DNA of 64,000 nucleotides, taken from contig NW_027590179.1 in NCBI RefSeq assembly GCF_964213995.1, forward strand, positions 310,001 through 374,000, written 5' to 3'. The notes under the pieces were generated by a model that saw nothing but the letters and a program-made list of their open reading frames with translations, had not been told where the DNA came from and made no database searches. The translations under genes and the position numbers were made by a program. This document shows, one piece after another, positions 10,681 through 23,455 of this stretch (position 1 is its first letter; each line of letters begins with the position of its first letter). Source of the stretch: Mustelus asterias (lineage: Eukaryota).

Positions 10681-13071
10681 TTGATTGGAACCTTTGTAGG
10701 TCAAATAGTTTGGATGGGGCAGTTTTTGTGCAGTGTGTGCGGGAGGGTTTCCTGACAGAATATGTGGATGGGCCGACTAGAGGTGAGGCCACATTGGATT
10801 TGGTACTGGGAAATGAACCGGGCCAAGTGTTAGATTTGGTTGTGGGAGAGCAATTTGGAGATAGTGACCACAATTCGGTGTCTTTTGTTATTGCAATGGA
10901 GAGGGATAGGGCCGTACGGCAGGGCAAGGTTTACAATTGGGGGAGGGGTAATTATGATGCGATTAGGCAAAAATTAGGGGGCATAAGTTGGGAACAGAAA
11001 CTGTCAGAGAAAGGAACTAATGAAAAGTGGAACTTTTTCAAGGAACAAATACTGGATGTCCTTGATAGGTATGTTCCTGTCAGGCAGGGAGGAAATGGCC
11101 GAGTGAGGGAACCATGGTTCACAAAAGAGGTGGAATGTCTTGTGAAAAGGAAGAGGGAAGCTTATGTAGGGATGAGGAAACAAGGAATGAGCTGAAAAAG
11201 GGGCTTAGGAGAGCTAGGAGGGGACATGAGAAGTCCTTGGCGGGTCGGATCAAGGATAACCCCAAGGCTTTTTACTCTTATGTGAGGAATAAAAGAATGA
11301 CCAGGGTGAGGTTAGGGCCAGTCAAGGACAGTAGTGGGAACTTGTGTATGGAGTCAGTAGAGATAGGCGAGGTGATGAATGAATACTTTTCTTCAGTGTT
11401 CACCAAGGAGAGGGGCCATGTTTTTGAGGAAGAGAAGGTGTTACAGGCTAATAGGCTGGAGGAAATAGATGTTCGGAGGGAGGATGTCTTGGCAGTTTTG
11501 AATAAACTGAAGGTCGATAAGTCCCCTGGGCCTGATGAAATGTATCCTAGGATTCTTTGGGAGGCAAGGGATGAGATTGCAGAGCCTTTGGCGTTGATCT
11601 TTGGGTCCTCGTTGTCCACGGGGATGGTGCCAGAGGACTGGAGAATGGCGAATGTTGTTCCTCTGTTTAAGAAAGGGAATAGAAATGACCCTGGTAATTA
11701 TAGACCGGTTAGTCTTACTTCGGTGGTTGGTAAATTGATGGAAAGGGTCCTTAGGGATGGGATTTACGACCATTTAGAAAGATGCGGATTAATCCGAGAT
11801 AGTCAGCACGGATTCGTGAAGGGCAAGTCATGCCTCACAAATTTGATAGAATTTTTTGAGGAGGTAACTAAGTGTGTTGATGAAGGTAGGGCAGTTGATG
11901 TCATATACATGGATTTTAGTAAGGCGTTTGATAAGGTCCCCCATGGTCGGCTTATGATGAAAGTGAGGAGGTGTGGGATAGAGGGAAAGTTGGCCGATTG
12001 GATAGGTAACTGGCTGTCTGACCGAAGACAGAGGGTGGTGGTCGATGGAAAATTTTCAGATTGGAGGCAGGTTGCTAGCGGTGTGCCGCAGGGATCAGTG
12101 CTTGGTCCTCTGCTCTTTGTGATTTTTATTAATGACTTAGAGGAGGGGGCTGAAGGGTGGATCAGTAAATTTGCTGATGACACCAAGATTGGTGGAGTAG
12201 TGGATGAGGTGGAGGGCTGTTGTAGGCTGCAAAGAGACATAGATAGGATGCAAAGCTGGGCTGAAAAATGGCAAATGGAGTTTAACCCTGATAAATGTGA
12301 GGTGATTCATTTTGGTAGGACAAATTTAAATGTGGATTACAGGGTCAAAGGTAGGGTTCTGAAGACTGTGGAGGAACAGAGAGATCTTGGGGTCCATATC
12401 CACAGATCTCTAAAGGTTGCCAGTCAAGTGGATAGAGCTGTGAAGAAGGTCTATAGTGTGTTAGCTTTTATTAACAGGGGGTTGGAGTTTAAGAGCCGTG
12501 GGGTTATGCTGCAACTGTACAGGACCTTGGTGAGACCACATTTGGAATATTGTGTGCAGTTCTGGTCACCTCACTATAAGAAGGATGTGGAAGCGCTGGA
12601 AAGAGTGCAGAGGAGATTTACCAGGATGCTGCCTGGTTTGGAGGGTAGGTCTTATGAGGAAAGGTTGAGGGAGCTAGGGCTGTTCTCTCTGGAGCGGAGG
12701 AGGCTGAGGGGAGACTTAATAGAGGTGTATAAAATGATGAAGGGGATAGATAGAGTGAACGTTCAAAGACTATTTCCTCGGGTGGATGGAGCTATTACAC
12801 GGGGGCATAACTATAGGGTTCGTGGTGGGAGATACAGGACGGATATCAGAGGTAGGTTCTTTACGCAGAGAGTGGTTGGGGTGTGGAATGGACTGCCTGC
12901 AGTGATAGTGGAGTCAGACACTTTAGAAACATTTAAGCGGTTATTGGATAGGCACATGGAGCACACCAGGATGATAGGGAGTGGGATAGCTTGATCTTGG
13001 TTTCAGATAAAGCTCGGCACAACATCGTGGGCCGAAGGGCCTGTTCTGTGCTGTATTGTTCTATGCTCTAT
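10681..13071 (+). mobile_element. 5'-truncated CR1/HER1 LINE with open RT frame
   Basis: EN tail LDLVL..SDHN, frameshifting deletion near 11185, RT motifs YRPVSLTS, DFSKAFDKV, GVPQGSVLGP, FADD, stop at 12994, CTATG tail. Confidence 0.95.
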
Positions 13072-13079
13072 GCTCCTTC

Positions 13080-13116
13080 TCACCTGATGAAGGGGCAGCG
13101 CTCTGAAAGCTTGTGA
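13080..13116 (+). ncRNA. Minimal hammerhead ribozyme motif
   Basis: TCAC-CTGATGA-A-GGGGC-AGC-GCTCT-GAAA-GC-TT-GTGA. Confidence 0.6.
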
Positions 13117-13855
13117 TTCCAAATAAACCTGTTGGACTTTAACCTGGTGTTGTGAGACTTCTTACTCTATGGTGCATATTAGGTATGTTATTTATGGATT
13201 TGTATTACAGTTGATTTTGTTTAATTCCAGAATAGTATTGTAACTACTCTGTATATTTTCCAGTTAAAGAGTCAGCAGAGCACAAGATAAATCAATTCAG
13301 CAGCTTGAGTCCGTGCCAAGTCTCTGTCGGGGAATCCACTCAGTGCCATTTTTCCTCGATATCCCTGTTCCCAGTACGTTTAATTCCTTCAAGTGCCCGA
13401 CCAATTTTATTTTGAAATCACTGGTCGTCTCCACTTCCACCACTCTCATCGTCAGTGAGTTCCAGAACATGATTGCTTGCTCCCCAAGTCAAGTTCTTCC
13501 ACACCCATCTGTATCTCTAATCATGTAATAGAGTTCTGAATATTGCATACATTTTTAGGACACTAAATATGCAAATTTTTTATATGCTTGGACACAAGCC
13601 TGTGTGAAGATTTCAGGAATATGTGTCCTGTACATGAAACAGTCAGCACGAATCTGTCGATTAGGATGAATCAGCACCCTCAGGACAATGTCTATTTCAG
13701 GTCCAGCAAAGTGAGAATGGAGGGAGAGTGTTTGGGATGGAGATTTACAAATTTTCAAGAATGAGAGGAAAGAATGTTCCACGGAAACTAGAATTGTCTG
13801 TTCTGAGTTTTTATCCTGTACTGACAGCAATGATTTTTGTGAATTTCTTTCACAG

Positions 13856-15165
13856 GCTATTAGAAGGGGAGAATTTACAGACACAAATCTCAACAAACAT
13901 GACATTAGGATCTGACAGAGTCACCCAATTATTCAGGATCTGAATACCATCGGCATTTGAAACTAGAATGGGAAATGTTTGTCTGTTCCTTCAAACTGTT
14001 TAAACATCAGTGTGACTGGAAAATCACTGAGACACATTCACTCGAGTGAGAGTATTCCAGTGACCTGACTGTGGAAAGAGCTTTAACCAGTTACACAGGC
14101 CTGGAAAAGATTGAAGGATTCACAGTGAGGAGAAAGACCATGTATGTGTTATCTGTGGGGTCAAACCTTCATCTGAACCTGGAGGTGTACAAAGACACGC
14201 AGACCATGGAAATGTAGGGACTGTGGGAAGGGATTCAATTGTCCCTCGAAGCTGGAAACCTTGATGCAGCCACACTGTGGAGACACCGTTCACCTGCTCG
14301 GAGTTTGGAAGGAGATTTCGTGATTCATCCACCCGGAGGAATCACCAGTGACTTCACATCAGGGAGAGGCCATTCACCTGCTCTGAGCGTGGGAAGAAAT
14401 TCAGCGATTCGTCTGCCCTGCTGACACACCAGCGGGTTCACAATGGGGAGAGACCATTCACCTATTGTGTGTGTGGAAAGGGATTCACTCAGTCATCTAC
14501 CCTGCAGAACCACCAGCGATTTCACACGGGTGAGGGACTGTCCCCCTGCTCAGAGCGTGGGAAGGGATTCACTCACTCATCCCTCCCGCTGACAAACCAA
14601 CGCATTCACACTGGGCCGAGGCCATTCATCTGCTCCGAGTGTTGGAAGGGATTCACTCAATTATCTAGTCTGCTGAGACACAAACGATTACACACTGGGG
14701 AAAGGCCATTCATCTGATGTGTGTGTGGGAAGTGACTCAGTCAATCATCCAGTCTGCTGGAATACTGAGGCACCTCCCCCAATAAGAAACCTGTTCAATG
14801 CTCTGACTGTGGGAGCTGCTTTAAAACCTGAGCCTACCTGAGGGTCGACCAGTGCATTCACACTGAGGAGATGCCGTTCAGGCGCTCTCATTGTGCAAAG
14901 AGGTTTAGAACATCATCTGACCTACTGAAACATCAGGGAATTCACACTGGGGAGAGACCCTGATAATTCCTACTCACTTTCAACAATTTCTCATAAAACC
15001 TACCAGATTGGAAGCTTCTGCCGGAAATGTTATTTTCCCTTAGTTTCCAAACTGAGACCATTCACCTGCTCAGTGTGTGGGAAAGGATTCACTTGTTCAC
15101 CCAAGCTGCTGAGGCACCATGCCAGTCACACCCATTAGTGATCTTTCGGATGCTCTGACTGTGGC
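13856..15165 (+). pseudogene. C2H2 zinc-finger pseudogene (copy E)
   Basis: Family acceptor at 13855; many CxxC..H..HTGERP fingers with stops and frameshifts; cut by an LTR at 15166; probable exon 1 donor at 10229. Confidence 0.9.
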
Positions 15166-15655
15166 TGTTAATTATATCAATAGAGGTTAAGTTTATTCAG
15201 ATGGAGGGCACTGATTAGATAGTTATAATGAGCAGGTAAAAAGTGGGACTCACTAATATAACTTGGAGTCAGAGTTGAACCTGTAATGTTTGATTCTGTG
15301 AACAAATCTGTACCAAATAAAGATTGACTCCACCCCAAGGCTGTCAGGATTATAACATGGTAACAGAAAATGCTTGTCTAATGGTGAAGGTTGGAAACTA
15401 AAAGAAAGTATATTTCAGACGGAAGCTTCCAATCCCAGCAGCTTTTGTGAGAAATGACGGAAAGGCAGTGGGAATTGTCAGGGTCTGATTACCTGCTGAT
15501 GCTCTCGGAGTCTGAACCATACAACCAGTGGAAGAATGAAGTGGCGATGTGGACACGGGTTACATCCCGATCAAGGAGGAAACAAGATCTGGCTTTGGCA
15601 TTGTCACTTCCTAACACAAGGAAAATCAGCAACAAAGCATTTTCTGATCAGCCAA
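15166..15655 (+). mobile_element. LTR retrotransposon 5' end (LTR, PBS, gag fragment), Copia/GalEa-like
   Basis: TGTTA..TAACA LTR 15166-15357 with AATAAA; PBS TGGTAACAGA resembling the tRNA-iMet PBS TGGTAGCAGAG; gag-like EPYNQWKNEVAMW..KQDLALALSLP. Confidence 0.7.
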
Positions 15656-16320
15656 ACTGCAAGTTGATAACTGCACTGGCACGGATGATTCATGTAAAGA
15701 ATTCACTTCAGGTGGTTGGAGGGTAGAATCCCTGTCAATTGGTCTATGGGAGAAATCCCAAATTCCCCTCTGTGCCGGGCGATCGCCCTCCTGCTTTAAA
15801 GGGATACAATTAGTTCCATTTTCAGTCATCAATTATCTGATTGTTCCATGAAAAGAATTGCTCGAAGCAACAAATTATTGGAGAAACCAGAAGAGGGTTT
15901 CTTCATGTGTAACGTTTGGACTGAAGGAGAAAAACCATCTTTTTCTTCAATTTGTTTTGAAACACTGTTTGTGTGAATTTTTGCGATCCCGGTCAGGACT
16001 GTTAACGTTTGCAGAGAAATTCGAACACCCAGTGATTAACTGAAAGAATTACATCACAAGATTCCACATTTTTAAACAAAAACAAACTTTACTGTATGTT
16101 TAAATAAAATTTAAAAAGACAACACTACAAATTGAATACTACACTCAATAAAGATTTATGATATAAACCGAGTTCTATTTTTTTACTTCACCCCAAGAGT
16201 TTCTTTATACTTAATGATATCTTGAAGTTTCATTCACTTCTGGTCCTAGGACCATCCCAAAGGTATGTCAAAGCTCTCCACAATTCACTTTAATTCTCCC
16301 CAGTACACCAGATATTCTCC

Positions 16321-16637
16321 CCAGGCAGCGGGCGATCGAGGGGGCCGTCCATCCTGACTGTCTGCCCCTCTACTGCGGCTACATTCACAGCCAGGTGTCC
16401 CTGGAGAGGGAGCATGCGGTGTCCACGGGCGCGGTTGATGCCTTCCGTGCCCGCTGGGCACCGCAGGGGTTGGGGTGCGTTATCGACCCTGATAATCACA
16501 TTTTAATTTGATGTTTTTAAGTTTCCTTTGTACTTTGATTTTTGTTCGGGCTGTTCCCCCTCCTTTTGGGGAGCTGCCCCTTTTACTTTGTCCTGACTTA
16601 ATTTGAGTTTGTTTATTCGGTTTGACCTAAAAAGAGG
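16321..16637 (+). mobile_element. Tx1/L1-clade LINE 3' fragment
   Basis: ORF2 C-terminus (VHPDCLPLY..VSLEREHA..) plus T-rich 3' UTR; homologous to 40366-40750. Confidence 0.75.
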
Positions 16638-18699
16638 CCAAGAGTTTATGGGAGTCCATCCATTATCTTTTCACTAAACAAGCCTCCAATTTTCCTTTAA
16701 GCTCTCAAACTGTGGACTCCTCAGTCTCAACATGGGCTTCACTGCATTCTTGCTGAGGGATTTAAATGTTGGAAACACCCCTGGTTTCCAACGGTCCTCT
16801 AGGCTTCTCGTCCCACAGCTGGTTCACAGCTCCTGGTCCCACAACTGGTGGCTTCCAAGCTAACTGCAGACTGTCCGCTGGAACCAGGTCACTGATTGGA
16901 AAGGACTCAAAGGTTCCGGGGAAAAGGCAGGAGAATGGGATTGAGATTTATCAGCCATGATCGAATGGCACAGCAGATTTGATGGGCCGAATAGCCTAAT
17001 TCTGCTCCGATATCTTATGGTCTAATTCTAACCGAGGCTCCACCCTGAATCACATATCCCCATGGTAACAGAGACCAGGTGGAATATCTGACAGATTTAG
17101 CTTCAAAACTAAACCCTTTTTCCCTGAGGTCTGCATGAAGAATTCACCTAACAAAAACAGTACAATAATTGTCAGACCCAATGTCTCCAGCTAAAAGATC
17201 CAGCTGACCTTTTACAGTTCTTACTTCTCGAGTTTTGACTTCTTAAACCAACATGGGCCATGCTTTGTGACTGCGAATTCCCTGAGGGTGTTCTTGTCAG
17301 ATTCTCAACCCAGGTTTTCCATTTTTTAAAAGCAATTCTTGCAACTAATTCTTATTTCTAAAACATAGGAATTATGAAATTAGATTTTTGTAACAAAAAC
17401 AGGAAGAAATGGAAATGTATCACCTTCATAATATCCCATTTAGAATATTACAATATACAACATGCTGTATATCTTAACAACAGCCATGATCTTATTGAAT
17501 GGCGGAGCAGGCTCGAAGGGCCAAATGGCCTCCTCCTGTTCCTAAATCCACTGTTTTCCTATGTTGATCTATCTTATAACCTGCAATAGACATAATAATC
17601 CCTCCATTGTCCACTTCACATTCACAAGTCCAGCTTGGTAACAGCACACTGCTGGGTTCCATGTCCAGGAATTCAGTCCACTGAAGATGGAAATTACTGC
17701 TTGCAGTCTTTTCTGAAACTTTTCTTTTTACAATAATTATAGTCCAAAGTTCCTCCTGCAAAAGGAGAGTCTTCATTGTTGTTCAGTTGTGAATTTTCAA
17801 GTTCTATTTTGAAAACAGTCTGTTCAGAGTTCACATTTTGAAATTTATTTTCTTTCATGTTTGCAGTTTCTCCACTGTTTAAATCCAGAGACAATATTCC
17901 AGTCAATTGCACATTGAAACCGACTTCTTCTTGCTCAGTTATAGCTGATTCCTTTATTGTCCAGGACAATATATTCACAATATCTTTAAAACAGAAATTA
18001 AACATTCCCATTTGATTTCAGACAGGAACATATTCTGTTAGTTTGTTCTTTATTGTCGATGTCAGGCTGGGGTTGTTCCCCTTGGAGCAAAGGAGATTGA
18101 GGGGAGATTTGATAGAGGTGGACAAGATTCTGACAGGTTTAGATAAGGTGGACAAAGAAAAGCTGTTCTCATTAGCTGGAGGGACAAGGACGAGGGGGGA
18201 CACAGATTTCTTGTTTTGGGTCAGAGATGCAGGGGGGGAGTGGGAGGGGGGGGGGGAGTGGGGGGTGGGGGGGGGGCGGTGGGGGGGAGATGTGAGGAAG
18301 AATATTCTGATGCAGCGAATGGTAATGACCTGAAACCCGCTGACTACGAGGGTGGAGGAAGTGGAGACAATAAACAATTAAAAAGGAAATTGGATGGGCA
18401 TTTGGGATGTTCCAAACAGAACGAAGAACAAAGAAAATTTTGTTTTCTTTAAACAAAAAAACCAAAACAAAACAAAAAAAAACCAAAGAAAATCCATCAA
18501 GACATCATTTGATTGAGTGTGGCAGGAAGGGACCGACACAGGGTTGGAATCGGTGGGAGTTGGGGGGGGGGCGGAACTCTCCGCCGGTTGGGGATATACC
18601 AGGTACAGACGAGGATGGCTGTGGTTGTTGGAGGTCAGTCATCACTGCAAGGGTCACTGCAGGGTTCATCTAAAACTCTGCTGGCCATGTTTAAACTCA

Positions 18700-19145
18700 C
18701 ATTAAGTGTTATTCCACTATCACCCTTGTGCACGATGATCCACCCAGTAAAGCAACAACTTAACATTAAAATTCTCATCCTTGGTTTCAAATCACTCCAT
18801 GACCTTGCCTGTCCCAATATCTATAATCTCCGATAAGCCCCACAACCCTCAATATATTACACTGCTCTAATTCTGGTCTTTAGTTTGTCCCTGACCTTGC
18901 TTCACCATTGCAAGCTCGACCTTCAGTTGCTTAGGCTCCAACCTCTGGAATACCATCCCTACACGTCTCCAACTCTCCACCTCGCTTTACTCCTTTAACA
19001 CACCCCTTAAAATCTACCACTTTGACCAAACTTTTGGTCATCTAACCAAATATCTTCTTTGTGGCTCAATATCATACTTTATTTTACAATGCTCCTTGGA
19101 TGTTTTATTACTTTCAGGCGCTATATAAATATATTTTGTTGTTCC
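18700..19145 (+). mobile_element. L2 LINE 3' fragment
   Basis: PVKQQLNIKILILGFKSLHDLA motif and GGCGCTATATAAAT..TTGTTG tail. Confidence 0.75.
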
Positions 19146-19149
19146 TCAT

Positions 19150-19605
19150 GTCTCCTGGGCCTAATCATTTTCAGCTGCTTCATTAATTACCGTCTCCCCA
19201 CCGTAGGGTGGGAAACGGGGATGTTCACTGATGATTGCAGTGTATATGACCATTCACAACTCTGAATACTGAAGCTGCCCGCATGCAGCGCAGGACCAGG
19301 ACAACATTCAGGTTGGAGCTGATTGTCAATTCATACTGACACCACATAATTAGCAGGAAATATCTATTTCCAGCAAGAAAATCTAACCATCTTCCCTTGA
19401 TATTCAATGGCATTACCATCAGTGAATGCCCCACCAGCAATAACTTTGGGGCTACCATTGACCAGTCATTTAAACACTGAGGTTACAAGAGCAGATCAGA
19501 GGTTGGGAGTTTTGTGGCAGGTTACTCACTTAATGACTCCCCAAAGGCTTGCCATGATTCACAAGGTATAAATCAGGAGTAAGGGGGAATATTCTTTACC
19601 TGGAT
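19150..19605 (+). mobile_element. Degenerate non-LTR RT fragment
   Basis: LGLIIFSCFIN..GMFTDDC RT motifs. Confidence 0.7.
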
Positions 19606-19949
19606 GAGAGCAGGAAAGGTTAAGGAAAGATTTAATCGTGATATTCAAACTTTTGAGAGGTTTTGATAAAATGCATGTCTGTTTCCACTGGTTTAGAACC
19701 AAAAGACATCGGGTGGAATTCCATGTAAAAAATTCGAAGTGCTGAATGAGTGAGAAAAGTTTCAAACTCGTTTCTTGGGCAAATTTAAAAAAGCAATCTT
19801 GTGGCACTTAGTCAAAAACAGTCACAATATAATCCTCACTGCAGGAGGAAGGGGAGGAACCTAAACTTGCTGGGGAAGCCAGCTGCTGATCTGGAGGGGT
19901 GTCATTGTGCAGGCGCTCCATCCTCCCAGTTTCCATCTTCAGTGGACAT

Positions 19950-20290
19950 CCCCCCCTCCCCACAGAAATCGCCCCACCAATCTCCTCATCTGTAGCGTTT
20001 CCCCCAAATCACCAACCCCTCCCCCCAATCAGCATCCCTGCAGAGTTCTCCCTCTCGCCCCCTCCCCGATCACCACCCCTGCAGAGTTTCTCCGATCACC
20101 AGCTCCCTCCCCCATCAGGACTCCTGCAGAGCTCCCCCCACTAACCCTCTCCTCAATCACCACCCCTGCAGAGTTTCCCCGATCACCAGCTCTCTCCCCC
20201 ATCAGGACTCCTGCAGAGCTCCCCCCCGGCCCGAGCCCCCTCCTCAATCACCACCCCTGCAGAATTTCCCAATCACCACTCCCTCCCCCG
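19950..20290. repeat. C-rich compound tandem repeat
   Basis: Recurring ATCACCACCCCTGCAGAG and ATCAGGACTCCTGCAGAGCT units. Confidence 0.8.
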
Positions 20291-20799
20291 AGTCAGCTTC
20301 ACCGTCCCACGGAGTGACCCAGGGGTCCATTGGCGCCTCGAGGGAGGAGGGGGGCCTGGGGACGGTGCTGTGTCCTTCCACCCGGGGGATTCCAGCCGAT
20401 GGGATGCAGGGCTTTCCGACTCCCCCTTTCCTGACACCGGTGCATCTCAAGAGCAGCAGGGTGAACAGCAAGGCAAGGATACATCTATATCACCAGGAAG
20501 ACGGCTGGACCCCTCTAGGTCCCAGCTCTCCAGCAGACGCCTGCCAGGGGCATCACAGGCAAATGGGTGCGGAGTGCAGCTGGCTGCCTCCAGTTCTGAT
20601 GTGCATCCTGGGGGGACGTGTTGATGTGGCGCTGGACCACGGGAGATGGAGATGTTGTGGGGTCGCCAGGAGGGCACGGGTGAAAGTCTATATGAGAAAG
20701 GTTTAGGGAATTGGGCTCTGTTGATGATTACATCCACCTGTTTTATAGCACTGTTAACTATCGGCCCTTCGTGTTATTGCATTGTTAGTTTCACCAATA

Positions 20800-20980
20800 A
20801 ATGTCCAAAGATGTGCAGGTTAGGTTGATTGGCCATACTAAACTGATCCTAGTGTCAGGGGGATTAGCAGGGTAAATGTGTGAGGTTACAGGAGTAGGGC
20901 CTGGGTGGGATTGTGGTCGGAACCGGCTCGATGGGCTGAATGGCCTCCTTTTGTACTGTAGGGATTCTATTCTATTCTCT
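20800..20980 (+). mobile_element. HE1-type SINE 3' half
   Basis: CCAAAGATGTGCAGGTTAGG..GGGATTCTATTCTATTC tail. Confidence 0.8.
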
Positions 20981-20984
20981 ATAA

Positions 20985-22030
20985 AATTACAGCACAGAAA
21001 CAAGCCCTTTGGCCCTCCAAGCCTGCAGCAACCATGCTGCCCGTCTGAACTAAAACCCCCTACCTTTCCGGGGACCATATCCCTCTATTCCTATGCTATT
21101 CATATATTTGTCAAGACACATCTTAAAGTCACTATCGTATCTGCTTCCACTACCTTCCCCGGCAACGAGTTCCAGGCACCCACCACCCTCTGTGTAAAGA
21201 ACCTGCCTCGTACATCTCCTTTAAACCTTGCCCCTCACACCTTAAACCTATGCTCCTGGGAATTGACTCTTCCACCCTGGGAAAAAGCTTCTGATTATCC
21301 ACTCTGTCCATGCCCCTCATAATCTTGTAGACTTCTATCAGGTTGCCCTCCTCAACCTCCGTTGTTCCAGTGAGAACAAACCAAGTTTCTCCAACTTCTC
21401 CTCATAGCTAATGCCCTCCACACCAGGCAACATCCTGATAAATATTTTCCGTACCCTCTCCAAAGCCTCCACATCCTTCTGGTAGTGTGGTGACCAGAAT
21501 TGAACACTAGATTCCAAGTGCGGTCTAACTAAGGTTCTATAAAGCTGCAACATGACTTGCCAATTTTTAAACTCAATGCCCCGGCCGATGAAGGCAAGCA
21601 TGCCGTATGCCTTCTTGACTATCTTCCCCACCTGCATTGCCACTTTCAATGACCTGTGTACCTGTCCACCCAGATCCCTCTGCCTATCAATACTCTTAAG
21701 GGTTCTGCCATTTACTGTACATATCCCATCTGTATTAGACCTTCCAAAATGCATTACCTCACATTTGTCCAGATTAAACTTCATCTGCCATCTCTTCGCC
21801 CAAGTCTCCAACTGATCTATGTCCTGCTGTATCCTCTGCCGGTCCCCATCACTATCCACAATTCCACCAACCTTTGTGTCATCCACAAACTTACCAATCA
21901 AACCAGTTACATTTTCCTCCAAATCATTTATATATATTACAAACAGCAAAAGTCCCAGCACTGATCCCTGAGGAATGTCACTTGTCACAGCCCTCCATTC
22001 AGAAATGTACCTTTGCACTGCCAACCTCTG
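20985..22030 (-). mobile_element. 5'-truncated CR1/HER1 LINE
   Basis: PQGSVLG, FVDD, LVRPHLE motifs in ORF 21338-22024. Confidence 0.92.
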
Positions 22031-22276
22031 TTTTCTTCTGACTAAATATCTCGAAACCTCCTAACACCCTGTCACTCTGTGATCCTTGTGACATTTGAAA
22101 CCAGGTATTCACAAAAAGACTCAAAGAGCATCAGCCCACTGGAGGCTGAGACCAGCCAGTCCAGCACAAAGAAACCCTCTGACCCTCCCCATTGACCAAC
22201 TGTGAGAATGAACAAAATGCAGCCCTGGATGTAATTGAGAGCAGAAACAATAACAGCAGAATCCTACCCCTGGGAA

Positions 22277-23455
22277 TCACTCGTGAACTTGTTGATGTCT
22301 CAGCAGCTGGGATGAAACTGTGAATCCCTTCCCACACTGAGAGCAGATGAATGGCCTCTCCCCAATGTGAACTCGCTGGTGTGTCCGCAGGCTGGATGAC
22401 TGAGTGAATCCCTTCCCACACTGAGAGCAGGTGAACGGCCTCTCCCCAGTGTGAACTCGCTGGTGTGTCCGCAGACTGGATGACTGAGTGAATCCCTTCC
22501 CACACTGAGAGCAGGTGAATGGCCTCTCCCCAGTGTGAACTCGCTGGTGTTTCTGCAGGCTGGATAACTCAATGAATCCCTTCCCACATTGAGAGCAGGT
22601 GAATGGCCTCTCCCCAGTGTGAATTCGCTGGTGTGTCTGCAAGTGGGATGACTGCGTGAATCCCTTCCCACACTGCGAGCAGATTAATGGCCTCTCCCCA
22701 GTGTGAACTCGCTGGTGTGTCTGCAGGCTGGATAACTGCGTGAATCCCTTCCCACACTGCGAGCAGATTAATGGCCTCTCCCCAGTGTGAACTCGCTGGT
22801 GTGTCTGCAGGCTGGATAACTGAGTGAATCCCTTCCCACACTGCGAGCAGATTAATGGCCTCTCCCCAGTGTGAACCCGCTGGTGAGTCAGCAGGTTGAT
22901 TGACCGAGTGAATCCCTTCCCACACTGAGAGCAGGTGAACGGCCTCTCCCCAGTGTGAACTCGCTGGTGTATCTGCAGCTGGGATGACTGAGTGAATCCC
23001 TTCCCACATTGAGAGCAAGTGAATGGCCTCTCCCCAGTGTGAACTCGCTGGTGTGTCCGCAGGTGGGATAACTGAGTGAATCCCTTCCCACACTGAGAGC
23101 AGGTGAATGGCCTCTCCCCAGTGTGAACTCGCTGGTGTCTCTGAAGGTGGGATGACTGAGTGAATCCCTTCCCACACTGAGAGCAGGTGAATGGCCTCTC
23201 CCCAGTGTGAACTCGCTGGTGTGACTGCAGGCTGGATGACCGAGTGAATCCCTTCCCACACTGAGAGCAGGTGAACGGTCTCTCCCCAGTGTGAACTCGC
23301 TGGTGTGACTGCAGGCTGGATGACAGAGTGAATCCCTCCCCACACTGAGAGCAGGTGAACGGCCTCTCCCCAGTGTGGCTGCGCCGATGAGCTTCCAGCA
23401 GAGATGGGGCTCTGTATCTCTTCCCACAGTCCCCACATTTCCATGGTTTCTCCAT
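22277..23455 (-). CDS. KRAB-less tandem C2H2 zinc-finger protein (copy A), 392 aa, 14 fingers
   Basis: ATG in ACCATGG context ([12 protein letters not shown]), 14 x 28-aa repeats with TGERP linkers; acceptor 23806; exon 1 donor 25742. Confidence 0.92.
   Translation of the reverse strand: MEKPWKCGDCGKRYRAPSLLEAHRRSHTGERPFTCSQCGEGFTLSSSLQSHQRVHTGERPFTCSQCGKGFTRSSSLQSHQRVHTGERPFTCSQCGKGFTQSSHLQRHQRVHTGERPFTCSQCGKGFTQLSHLRTHQRVHTGERPFTCSQCGKGFTQSSQLQIHQRVHTGERPFTCSQCGKGFTRSINLLTHQRVHTGERPLICSQCGKGFTQLSSLQTHQRVHTGERPLICSQCGKGFTQLSSLQTHQRVHTGERPLICSQCGKGFTQSSHLQTHQRIHTGERPFTCSQCGKGFIELSSLQKHQRVHTGERPFTCSQCGKGFTQSSSLRTHQRVHTGERPFTCSQCGKGFTQSSSLRTHQRVHIGERPFICSQCGKGFTVSSQLLRHQQVHE

Larger units (their letters stand above)
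10578..13167. mobile_element. Palindromic Penelope-like insertion split by a CR1
   Basis: 10578-10680 is largely the reverse complement of 13100-13167; flanks TATGCTGCATAT (10566-10577) and TATGGTGCATAT (13168-13179) form a 12-bp TSD with one mismatch. Confidence 0.8.

Noticed and set aside
22277-23400. CACACTG-N23-CAGTGTG in many fingers as cryptic RSSs for somatic finger shuffling
   Set aside because: Explained by HT and QC codons; no nonamer present.
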